Origin: an uncultured Saprospiraceae bacterium
Lineage (GTDB): Bacteria > Bacteroidota > Bacteroidia > Chitinophagales > Saprospiraceae
DNA length: 64,000 nucleotides
Direction: 5' to 3'
Assembly: GCA_937969415.1 (NCBI GenBank)
Contig: CALBWK010000044.1
Location: 67-64,066, forward strand
Part shown: one piece after another, positions 40,033 through 48,676 of the stretch
How positions within the stretch are numbered: position 1 is the first letter of the stretch
Layout of the letters: every line of letters begins with the position of its first letter
Program-made: the position numbers and the translations under genes
The notes under the pieces: generated by a model
The model's input: the letters and a program-made list of their open reading frames with translations, nothing else
Told to the model about the DNA's origin: nothing
Database searches by the model: none

Positions 40033-40848
40033 TTAATTGCTTCTTCTTCCAAATTGGAAATTCAAATATAGCTTGAAGAAAAATCTCGAATTGGATACTT
40101 CTTCAGTTTCTACAACAATAGGAATCTTGCTTGGAAATGCATCCACCATAATCCCTGTCTCAAAAGCCTTGACATATTCGTCAAAAGCTCCTAAACCAAG
40201 ATGTAAACCCAACTTGGCTTGTATTCCTGCTCTCACTTTCAGCTCGTCAAAGCCACTAAAGAAAGATGATCTAGAACTAATACTGCCTTCATCCAGAAAC
40301 TTGTCAGCATTATCCTCAGAGAAACTTTCTGATCTGATGGTCGGCACTTGCTGGTTATCTATGACCTCTACATAAATAAGGTCTAACTTATAAGGCTTGA
40401 GCAAAGCTAGTGAAGGGCCAAACTCATAGACATAACCTACTGCAAGACCATTACGTTTTTCCTTTTCAGACAGATACTTTTTAGTTCCAAAACCGCCTCT
40501 CACATTTATCAATGAGTTGATCTTGCCAAAGGCATAGGAACCTGACCGTCCGAGAGTCGAAAACTTGGTTTGAGTCTTTTCTCGACTATCTCGAATGTAG
40601 CCCAATTCTAGGTGATAGTACTTGGTCTTGTTATAAGACTTGATCTCTCCAACATTATAAGCAATGGCGGCTCCATCTTCGTGCAGTCGCAAATCTATGG
40701 ACCATTCCTTCTTGTAGATAATCCCCTTCCAGTCTATCTCTACCAACTTCGGCTTAATGATACGTTGTGCATCCAATGATGCTAGCATCATAAGCGATAG
40801 AATACAAGCTGCTATAAGTCTAAAAGCCATAGGTATAAAGATAACCAT
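40033..40848 (-). CDS. Hypothetical secreted protein, probable outer-membrane beta-barrel
   Basis: Signal peptide. Alternating hydrophobic pattern. C-terminal aromatic-rich end (YLNFQFGRRSN). Confidence 0.5.
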   Translation of the reverse strand: MVIFIPMAFRLIAACILSLMMLASLDAQRIIKPKLVEIDWKGIIYKKEWSIDLRLHEDGAAIAYNVGEIKSYNKTKYYHLELGYIRDSREKTQTKFSTLGRSGSYAFGKINSLINVRGGFGTKKYLSEKEKRNGLAVGYVYEFGPSLALLKPYKLDLIYVEVIDNQQVPTIRSESFSEDNADKFLDEGSISSRSSFFSGFDELKVRAGIQAKLGLHLGLGAFDEYVKAFETGIMVDAFPSKIPIVVETEEVSNSRFFFKLYLNFQFGRRSN

Positions 40849-40929
40849 ATATCAGTGCGAGTAGTTCTCAAAAGCTAGAGATGTCTTCTAAACTCTCTAG
40901 CCATAGGCGCACTCCACTGGTGTAGTATG

Positions 40930-42354
40930 CTAGTCCGCAGTCCGCACAGTAGTCGTTTCATTAATCCAGCAGCCCACTTTAAAGGAGCTCCCTGCTTTGA
41001 TACTTCTCTGAAAGATGTCTTCTTTCTTAGGCATATACTGCGTATACGTGTTGATTAACTTGCCTGCTTCTGCAGCAGTAGCAGGATCTTTCTTGGCTTT
41101 AATCCATTGATCTATGGCCGGCCAAGTCACTATCTGGCTGTCCCAGCCTGTACCTGGGCCACAAAGAGGCCCACTAGAAGCATAGAGCTTACCTATGAGC
41201 AAATGTGGCTCGCCTGAGTTAGGGTCATATTGAGAAGATTGTCTTGCATATTGTCGTGACTTAGGATAATTCTTGATATCACCGTAGTAGATCTTAGCGT
41301 TGAGCAAGGAGTACTTTGCTTTTTTGGCCACATCATCTGTAGAAGCTATAAACTCATCAAATAACTGGACAGCTTCCTTATATCTGCCTTCTGTATAGGC
41401 ATTATAGGCTCTCTTAAGTGGGCCATCTGGTGGAGGTGGTGTATAGCAGTTGGTTTGCTTAGACTGTGCTGCCTCAGTTACTGATGCAGAGGATTTATCA
41501 CAGCCACCCCATAAGAGTCTACTATACGTCCTATTGATGGTCTCGCAGTCTGTAGGATTGGCTTTCATCAGGGCTAAGTACTTGTCCTCATAATAACTAC
41601 AATCATACAGACCCTCTATACCTTCTAGATTTTCGAGACGAGCAGGCGCATAGGCATTGATGATCTTCCAAGCTTCTTTGTTCTTTCCACTTGCTGTCCC
41701 ATAATCGATAGCTGAGAGTAGTGCGGTGGCATATTTTCTTCCTTCTACTACGGTGATTTCTTCTGCTACAATCTTATCTGAGAGCAACTTGGCAAAAGGA
41801 TTGATCACAAAGTAGTCTACCTTCTCTCCTTTTCCATCTACGGCTTCTTTGAATAAAGTGTAGGTCTCATTAGGATCAGAGTGCTCATAGTAGTAATAGT
41901 ATCGATCAAAGGCCTTTCTACCTGCGACATAAGCTGGCTCGCCAAAACACTCTACTCGCTTATCATAGATGGCCATAATGGTGTCTAAATACTCTTTCTT
42001 CTCAGCAGCTACTGTAGAGCGCTCATAAAAGAACTTATAGATCTTGATCCCATCTTCAAACTGATACTTGATAGAGCCATTAGCTGCAGGTGCACCGTAA
42101 TAAGCTTTTTTCCAAAGTGGGAAAGCTTCATCATATTTCTCTGCTTTGACGAGATCCTTATACAATACATAAGCCGTACTGACGTCATCATTGGCACCAG
42201 CGCTTAATTCATCTAGTGTAAGGCAAGGATTGTTCACTTTGGGTTCTTCCTTGACAGGTGGAGGTGGTGTCTCCACAACAGTTTCCGTGACCTTAGGTGT
42301 GCAGGCCAGACCTACCAAAACGACCAATAACAAAAAGTATTTGAGCTTATTCAT
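40930..42354 (-). CDS. TPR-like lipoprotein, 474 aa (paralog of 47234..48658)
   Basis: Lipobox VGLAC. Shared blocks with the paralog: W.KAY..APAA.G...Y...G.KIY, LIG.LYA and KVGCWI.ET..VR. Confidence 0.65.
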   Translation of the reverse strand: MNKLKYFLLLVVLVGLACTPKVTETVVETPPPPVKEEPKVNNPCLTLDELSAGANDDVSTAYVLYKDLVKAEKYDEAFPLWKKAYYGAPAANGSIKYQFEDGIKIYKFFYERSTVAAEKKEYLDTIMAIYDKRVECFGEPAYVAGRKAFDRYYYYYEHSDPNETYTLFKEAVDGKGEKVDYFVINPFAKLLSDKIVAEEITVVEGRKYATALLSAIDYGTASGKNKEAWKIINAYAPARLENLEGIEGLYDCSYYEDKYLALMKANPTDCETINRTYSRLLWGGCDKSSASVTEAAQSKQTNCYTPPPPDGPLKRAYNAYTEGRYKEAVQLFDEFIASTDDVAKKAKYSLLNAKIYYGDIKNYPKSRQYARQSSQYDPNSGEPHLLIGKLYASSGPLCGPGTGWDSQIVTWPAIDQWIKAKKDPATAAEAGKLINTYTQYMPKKEDIFQRSIKAGSSFKVGCWINETTTVRTAD

Positions 42355-42445
42355 ATGAAGGCTTTGTTCATTAGATGCTAAAATTACGTAGAGGGTTCTA
42401 AAGGACTTCTTAAAATGCCTATAATTACCACTTAAATAATGCTAG

Positions 42446-43540
42446 ATGAGCAAAAAAAAGTTGTTAGTCCTCACCGGAGGAGGTGATTGCCCAGGGCTTA
42501 ATGCCGTTATCAGAGGCATCCAGAAGGCCGCTACCCAAGATGGAGAGTGGGAAGTATACGGCAGTATAGAAGCCTTTAACGGCATTATGAAAACGCCTAC
42601 GGAGATCATCAAATTGACGCCTTCTAAGGTTGGCGGTATCCACGTCAAGGGTGGGACCATCCTCAAGACGACCAATAAAGGCAATCCACTATCCTTTCCT
42701 GTCGAGCATAAAGATGGTAGCATTACCTACAGAGACATCAGCGCTGACCTCGTCAAAAAGATACAAAAAGCGGGATTTGACGCTGTCATCAATATCGGTG
42801 GTGATGGCTCCCAGGCTATCTCTAAAGCCCTCTATGATAAGGGGCTCAATATCATTGGCGTCCCTAAAACCATAGATAATGATCTTAGCGCAACGGATAT
42901 CACTTTTGGTTTCAGCACGGCTGTGCAGATAGCGACTGATGCCTTCGATAAGCTCGTCACTACGGCCAGCAGCCATAATCGGGTGATGATTCTAGAAGTT
43001 ATGGGTCGCGATGCAGGATGGATTGCCCTCCATACAGCTATTGCAGGAGGTGCCGAACTCTGCTTGATTCCAGAGATTCCGTTTAATCTAGATACAGTGA
43101 TCAAGGTGATCAATAAGCGTTATAAAAAAGGAAAAGGCTTTGTCAACATCGTTATCGCTGAAGGTGCCAAACTAGATGGCAAGACTATCGGCAAGATGGC
43201 CGAAGGCGATATGAATATCAAACTAGGTGGCGTCGGCAATGCCCTCAGGAAAGCCCTAGAAGACCACGGCTGCGAACCAGATGTCAGAGTCGCTGTACTC
43301 GGCCATATACAACGTGGTGGTACCCCAGTAGCATTTGATAGGATCTTAGCGACGGCCTTTGGCGTACGAGCTTTTGAGTTGGCCAAGAAGGGTCGCTTTG
43401 GTCGGATGGTTACGTATACCAACAATGATATCAAAGACACTACTCTAGCTAAGGCTATTAAGGACTACAATTATGTCAAGAAGAGTAATTTCTTAATTAA
43501 GACAGCGAAGCAGGTGGGGATTTCTTTTGGAAACGGGTAG
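42446..43540 (+). CDS. pfkA: 6-phosphofructokinase
   Basis: Motifs TGGGDCPGLNAVIRG, GGDGS, PKTIDND, MGR and GHIQRGG. Confidence 0.93.
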   Translation: MSKKKLLVLTGGGDCPGLNAVIRGIQKAATQDGEWEVYGSIEAFNGIMKTPTEIIKLTPSKVGGIHVKGGTILKTTNKGNPLSFPVEHKDGSITYRDISADLVKKIQKAGFDAVINIGGDGSQAISKALYDKGLNIIGVPKTIDNDLSATDITFGFSTAVQIATDAFDKLVTTASSHNRVMILEVMGRDAGWIALHTAIAGGAELCLIPEIPFNLDTVIKVINKRYKKGKGFVNIVIAEGAKLDGKTIGKMAEGDMNIKLGGVGNALRKALEDHGCEPDVRVAVLGHIQRGGTPVAFDRILATAFGVRAFELAKKGRFGRMVTYTNNDIKDTTLAKAIKDYNYVKKSNFLIKTAKQVGISFGNG

Positions 43541-43560
43541 GCAGCGCTCTCGGGCTAGGC

Positions 43561-43704
43561 TTCTTAGTGCATAGTTTATTAGTGCATAGTGCATAGTGGG
43601 GCTGGCCGCGATGGCCTAGCTTCTAATTGTAAATGATGAATTATGAATTACTGGAGGGTTGGCCGCTTGTCACTCAATTGTAAATTTTGAATTATGAATT
43701 ACTG
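43561..43704. repeat. Degenerate tandem repeat cluster in the pfkA-ATPase spacer
   Basis: TTAGTGCATAGT occurs at 43564 and 43579, plus GCATAGT at 43591. A 29-mer AATTGTAAATnnTGAATTATGAATTACTG occurs at 43625..43653 and 43676..43704 (27 of 29 identical). TGGCCGC occurs at 43603 and 43660. Confidence 0.85.
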
Positions 43705-43891
43705 TTCACAATATTGAACTACCACTTTCTATTCCGATCGTAGCGGAGCGCAGAAGAGGAATCTTCTTCTTTTAGTGCTCCTGAGACTAGATGCAAGGGT
43801 AGTTCATTTTGCAGAGAACCCCCTCCCCAAGCAGTCATAAGACTTAATGAGTTCTTGGGAACTAATCTAAGCTGTAATTGGTATACAAATT

Positions 43892-43928
43892 GTAATATAC
43901 ATTTTGTAATATACAAAATGTATATTAC
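43892..43928. promoter_or_regulatory. Perfect 15-bp inverted repeat with a 7-nt spacer (candidate operator or hairpin) upstream of the ATPase gene
   Basis: GTAATATACATTTTG-taatata-CAAAATGTATATTAC. It ends 53 nt before the ATG at 43982. Confidence 0.6.
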
Positions 43929-43981
43929 TTTTAGTATGGCGCTAGCAAAAGAGACAAGCTCATAGCATAGAACAAACCCTA

Positions 43982-45115
43982 ATGACAGAGATTAAGAATC
44001 CATTTATAACAAAGGGCTATATCAGCGAAGAATACTTCTGTGACAGAGAAGAAGAGACAGCTGATATCCTATCTGCTATCAACAATGGCAGAGACCTTAT
44101 CCTATACGGAAAGCGAAAGATGGGTAAATCAGCACTCATTAAGCATGTCTTTCACCAACTAGACAACAAAACCATTTCGACTTGGGTAGACCTCTTGCCC
44201 TCAGGCAACTTTGATGACTTCCTGACGCTGACAGCCAATGCCGTGCTCAATGCCTTTGAAGAAGAGGATCCTCTTTATAAAAAGATCTGGGCAGGAATGA
44301 AAAAGCTACGGCCTACCGTCACTTATGATGAAGTATCGGGCACACCAAATGTTTCTTTTGATCTTAGTGACACATCTGCTCGAATCAATACCCTTTCAGA
44401 ACTGATAAGACTTCTTGCCAGCAGCTGTAAGAAAGTCGTCATTGCCCTTGATGAGTTTCAGCAAATACAACAATATCCAGAACAGAATATTGCAGAGCAC
44501 TTAAGAACACTTCTCCAATCTCTACCCAATGTCACCGTCATATTTTCTGGAAGTGATCAGCATATGCTCTTGGACATGTTTAACAAAATAGATCAGCCCT
44601 TTTATGAATTTGGTCAACATCTCAAACTAGGCCCCATAGATTCAGATAAATACGTTGACTTTATCGAAGCCCACTTCAAAAAGAATAAAAGACAAATAGA
44701 ACGCGGCGACATCTACAATATCATCGAATGGTGCAACAACAGAACGATGAACATTCAAATACTCGCCAATCGACTCTATAGCCTACATCAAAAAACCATC
44801 TCAGAGGCCGATATCCAAAATATGAAAGACACTATCCTCAAAGAGAAAGAGGACATTTATTATACACTGAAGCGAGTCGTGAGCAAAGGACAATGGAACG
44901 TCTTGTCTGCCTTTGCTAGAGAAGGAAAAGTATATGCTCCTTATGGAAAGGCTTTTATGCAAAAACATGGCTTTACGAACTCTTCGATTATACGGCGTGT
45001 CGTACAGTTTTGTCTTGAAAGAGGCCTGCTCTATCAGAGTCACGATGGAGAAGAAAGCTTCTTTGAATTGGATGATGTATTTCTGAGGCGATGGGTTGAG
45101 ATGACGACGATATAA
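43982..45115 (+). CDS. Orphan P-loop ATPase (Arch_ATPase/DUF234-like) with a C-terminal winged-helix-like region
   Basis: Walker A GKRKMGKS. Walker B VIALDEFQ. C-terminal WNVLSAFA...RRVVQFCLERGLL. Confidence 0.7.
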   Translation: MTEIKNPFITKGYISEEYFCDREEETADILSAINNGRDLILYGKRKMGKSALIKHVFHQLDNKTISTWVDLLPSGNFDDFLTLTANAVLNAFEEEDPLYKKIWAGMKKLRPTVTYDEVSGTPNVSFDLSDTSARINTLSELIRLLASSCKKVVIALDEFQQIQQYPEQNIAEHLRTLLQSLPNVTVIFSGSDQHMLLDMFNKIDQPFYEFGQHLKLGPIDSDKYVDFIEAHFKKNKRQIERGDIYNIIEWCNNRTMNIQILANRLYSLHQKTISEADIQNMKDTILKEKEDIYYTLKRVVSKGQWNVLSAFAREGKVYAPYGKAFMQKHGFTNSSIIRRVVQFCLERGLLYQSHDGEESFFELDDVFLRRWVEMTTI

Positions 45116-45185
45116 TAGCATATAACTTTTTATTTCCCAATAAATAAAACTACTTTACAACTATTAACTAATAAAAATTGTGATC

Positions 45186-45742
45186 ATGAGAATTTCTTCT
45201 TTCTTCTTTCTTCTTTCTTCTTTACGCTAAGTACTAACTCAATTTTAGCGCAAGATGATTGTAACCCAATCTTTGAGATTATTGATGCCTCTAACTATTC
45301 TGATTCAGACCCTGATGCCACATATCCTAACCAAGACAATGATGCATGCAGTGATGTAATAATTACTTTTGTCGGTATGCCCGCAGACTGTGACTGCCAA
45401 CCTACTTCCGTAGTTGTAACAACAATAATAGAAAATGAAGAAATACGAATAGTGCAGTTTTCAAATCAGCTCTTTAATGTATTTAGAGATGAATTACCTT
45501 TCAATGGTCTGCCAAATATGTTTCCGTTCAATCAATGGGAGTTCTTAGCAGTAGGAGGCTTTATTTCCCAAAGTAATGTAATTCCATTTAACGTCGGAGT
45601 AGGTGAAAGTTATGTTTTTGATCTATGGACAAATATTGAAACATTTCCACTCAATATAAATACTAGTTTAGATTGCAATGGAGATGGAATCGCAGAGTTT
45701 TCAGTTAATACAGAATCTAACATCTTTGTGGAATGTCACTAA
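45186..45742 (+). CDS. Small Cys-rich secreted protein. Its ATG and leader are out of frame with the ORF body across a (TTTCTTC)4 tract, giving an apparent OFF state.
   Basis: The ATG at 45186 reads MRISSFFFLLSSLR-stop (TAA at 45228). The body frame is open from 45119 to 45742, with its first canonical start only at 45377. One extra heptamer would give MRISSFFFLLSSFFFTLSTNSILAQDDCNP... Confidence 0.6.
45193..45223 (+). repeat. Perfect heptanucleotide SSR, (TTTCTTC)4 plus TTT
   Basis: Direct reading of 45193..45220 as four identical 7-mers. Confidence 0.95.
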
Positions 45743-47172
45743 ATGTAAAAATACAATTAGCAGTACTCTGCTTTTTCCTTTTAAACACGCTTAGTTACGG
45801 TCAAAACTTGCTAGGAACAATATCGAATCCCACTGCAAATTTCAGACAGGAGCTAAGATTTCTCTCTACTGATACCGTTATACTTGCTTCTATAGATTTT
45901 GACAATATAGACAACGAACCATTCAGTAGATATGTCTATAATGGTAATGATTGGGTATTCGATACAAAAGAAAACATAAGACTTAATGACAATGCATCCT
46001 TAACGGACTATGCGTTATCCTGCGATGGCCGTACGTTGATAACCTTGTCTATAATAGATCGACTAAGTCCAAATTCAGATAGAGTGACAGCACAAATTGA
46101 TGTGTTCCAGAAAACCAATGCAGATTGGATATTAATTCAGAAAATTGACTCTCTAGACTTAAGGACAAATGGTGATTTTCTTTCACTTAGATTCAGCATA
46201 TCAGATGATGGTGGGGTTCTAGCTTTAGTAGAAATCGATGGTTCAGCCTCAGGTGGTGACGATCAAGCATCTATATTTACAATATACAACTTAGACTTTG
46301 TCTCTAACAATTACAGATCAGTCTATGCAGACACCTTGGTTTCTTTTAGGATATGGGATGCAAGGATAGATATTTCTGGAAATGGACAAACTGTTGCTAT
46401 AGGCCAAAAAGAGCAAGCAAGAGAAACATTAAGCATTTATGATCAAAACACAGAATGGGAAAAAACTGAGAGTTTAAATATAAACAATAGTTCAGCTCCT
46501 AATACTCCTAGTTCTTTGCCCAGTATAAATTACGACGGTAATCTAATAAGTTTTGTAAAAAATCCAGCACCACTAACAAATGTTGAGTCTTACAATTTGG
46601 TCTACAACAGACAAGAACAACGCATAGACAGCCTACCCACTAGGGGACCAGGCATAGTGCTCGACAGGCATAAAATAAGCAGACAAGGAAATAGATTACT
46701 CTCAACACACGGAGATGAAGGTCAAATCTTACAGGACACTGTACAGTACTACTCGATGATGAAATATGAAAATGGTGATTGGATAAAAGAATTCCAAATC
46801 GCCTATGATGTACTCCCAATTGGCTATACAGCTGGAACAAACTTACAGTTTGATTGCGCAGGGCAAAGATTCTCTACCAGTGATCTGGATGGCGTCATTT
46901 ACATTTATGATCTAGATAGGATCAATTCTGTTGCGGAGATACACCATAATGAGAATCTTGTCATCTATCCTAATCCACATCGACATAACTTTTATATTGA
47001 TGGAGAGCATATAAGGAATCAGTCTGTACGAGCCTACGACTTACTAGGTCACCAAGTCTCTATTCAGGGTAATCATATCGATGGATACGAATTAGTTGGA
47101 CCATCTGGAATATATACAATTAGGTGGGAAGACAAACAGAATTATTTTACTCAAAAAATTATCAAGCTCTGA
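45733..47172 (+). CDS. Secreted beta-propeller-like repeat protein with a T9SS C-terminal sorting domain
   Basis: Signal peptide. Recurrent S.DG..L/I blade-like motifs (LSCDGRTLI, ISDDGGVLA, ISGNGQTVA, INYDGNLIS). C-terminus VIYPNP...GIYTIRW...QKIIKL. Start overlaps the upstream ORF by 10 nt. Confidence 0.7.
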   Translation: MSLNVKIQLAVLCFFLLNTLSYGQNLLGTISNPTANFRQELRFLSTDTVILASIDFDNIDNEPFSRYVYNGNDWVFDTKENIRLNDNASLTDYALSCDGRTLITLSIIDRLSPNSDRVTAQIDVFQKTNADWILIQKIDSLDLRTNGDFLSLRFSISDDGGVLALVEIDGSASGGDDQASIFTIYNLDFVSNNYRSVYADTLVSFRIWDARIDISGNGQTVAIGQKEQARETLSIYDQNTEWEKTESLNINNSSAPNTPSSLPSINYDGNLISFVKNPAPLTNVESYNLVYNRQEQRIDSLPTRGPGIVLDRHKISRQGNRLLSTHGDEGQILQDTVQYYSMMKYENGDWIKEFQIAYDVLPIGYTAGTNLQFDCAGQRFSTSDLDGVIYIYDLDRINSVAEIHHNENLVIYPNPHRHNFYIDGEHIRNQSVRAYDLLGHQVSIQGNHIDGYELVGPSGIYTIRWEDKQNYFTQKIIKL

Positions 47173-47173
47173 C

Positions 47174-47216
47174 AAAAAAAGGCGGCACCTGAAAATTCAG
47201 ATGCCGCCTTTACTTT
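47174..47216. terminator. Terminator hairpin between convergent genes, strongest for the minus strand
   Basis: 9-bp stem AAGGCGGCA/TGCCGCCTT with an inner CTGA/TCAG stem. Flanked by A7 on the left and a T-rich stretch on the right. Confidence 0.75.
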
Positions 47217-47233
47217 ATCATACGAAGATACGC

Positions 47234-48658
47234 TTACTGGTATCTTACTTTAACTGTCTCTCCTATCCAGCAACCCACTTTCTCTGAGTCACCTTTCTTG
47301 ACCCCTCTCATAAATCCTTCGTTAGAATCTGGAAGAGAAGATCTGTACTTACTCGCTTTCTTACCTGCTTCTTCTGCTACTGTTGGGTCTATGGACTTAG
47401 CATAGTTATACTTGTCTATAGCTGCAATAATCGCCAATCTCTGATTCCAAGAGTCGCCGCAGTTTCTTGCAGTTGTCGCATATAGATCACCGATCAACAT
47501 AAATGGTCTACCGTAGTTAGGTCTTAACTTAGCCGCGGCTAGGGCTGTCTTTCTGGCATCACTATACTTCTTCAATTTTCTTCCTTGGATAGAGGCCTTA
47601 GAGAACATATAGCCAGCTTTCTTGCTAGGGTCTGTCTCGTTATTGATCGCTTCGTCGTACTTGGCTACCGCTCCTGCAAAATCTCCTGCATCGTAGGCTT
47701 TCTTTGCGAGGATAGCTGGGTTATTGGCTTCAAACTCTGCTTTTCTTGCTGCATTGGTTGTAGCCGCATAAGTCTTCCACTTTCCATCTAGTTCTACTAA
47801 TAGAGGATCATCCTCAGCACAACCTCTTTTCTTAAGCAGGCCTACTAGATTCTTTAACTGCTCCATATTTTCTGGGTCAGCATCATAAAGAGCCTTGTAT
47901 TTTGGCTTGAAGAAATCGCAGTCGAAAATCTCCGTCTCTATAGGACCAAACTTTGTCTGTGCTGCCTTCCACGCTTGATCGTAATAAGTACCTAATCTTT
48001 CATTATTCTCTAGGTTGTACTTCGCGATACCTTCCATTTGCTGGAAGTACTCTACAGCTTTTTCCTTTTCGATTTTTCCTTTTTGGAATTGATACACGAC
48101 GATCGACGCTAGTGGATCGAAAACAGTATACTCCACATCATTGCCCGACAACTCTATGGCCTTATTAAGTGACTCCAGATTTTTAGAGTAAGGAGAGTTC
48201 AGTGTATAGAACATATCATAGGCTTTTCTACCATAGACATATCCTATTTTAGATTGGATACATTCTGGCTTGCCGACACACTTCGTAGGGACGACACTAC
48301 CATCTTCGTAGGCAGCAATCGCTTCATCATACAGTCTGTCGATAGTCGCTTTGTATTCTTCTTTTTTGGCAGCATCCGTTTCGTTCTGAAACTTGTTGAT
48401 ATAAATCTTGACACCATCGATAAAGTGATAGTCTCTCTTACCATCTGCCGCGGGAGCAAGCTCGTATGCTTTCTGCCAGTTCTCGAAGGCCAAGCCCCAA
48501 TCTTCTGACTTAATAGCTTGTCTATAAATCGAGTGTGCATTAGATGCATCATCCATAAATGATTCTCCCTCCCAATTCTTAAAACTCTGAGAGAATGCTA
48601 CTTGCGTAAAGCCCATCAAGAGGACTGCTCCTAGTAGTATTGATTTTGCTATGCTCAT
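47234..48658 (-). CDS. TPR-like secreted protein, 474 aa (paralog of 40930..42354)
   Basis: Signal peptide. Same length and same conserved blocks as the paralog, including the C-terminal KVGCWIGETVKVR. Confidence 0.65.
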   Translation of the reverse strand: MSIAKSILLGAVLLMGFTQVAFSQSFKNWEGESFMDDASNAHSIYRQAIKSEDWGLAFENWQKAYELAPAADGKRDYHFIDGVKIYINKFQNETDAAKKEEYKATIDRLYDEAIAAYEDGSVVPTKCVGKPECIQSKIGYVYGRKAYDMFYTLNSPYSKNLESLNKAIELSGNDVEYTVFDPLASIVVYQFQKGKIEKEKAVEYFQQMEGIAKYNLENNERLGTYYDQAWKAAQTKFGPIETEIFDCDFFKPKYKALYDADPENMEQLKNLVGLLKKRGCAEDDPLLVELDGKWKTYAATTNAARKAEFEANNPAILAKKAYDAGDFAGAVAKYDEAINNETDPSKKAGYMFSKASIQGRKLKKYSDARKTALAAAKLRPNYGRPFMLIGDLYATTARNCGDSWNQRLAIIAAIDKYNYAKSIDPTVAEEAGKKASKYRSSLPDSNEGFMRGVKKGDSEKVGCWIGETVKVRYQ

Positions 48659-48676
48659 AATCAGTTAATTTATTTC

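Noticed and set aside
43561-43704. Possible CRISPR array
   Set aside because: There are only two or three degenerate units, no alternation of identical repeats with unique spacers of regular length, and no cas genes in the window.
43719-43916. 65-aa minus-strand ORF in the pfkA-ATPase spacer
   Set aside because: It has no recognisable motif, it runs through the palindrome and repeat words, and its composition is atypical. I treat the region as non-coding.
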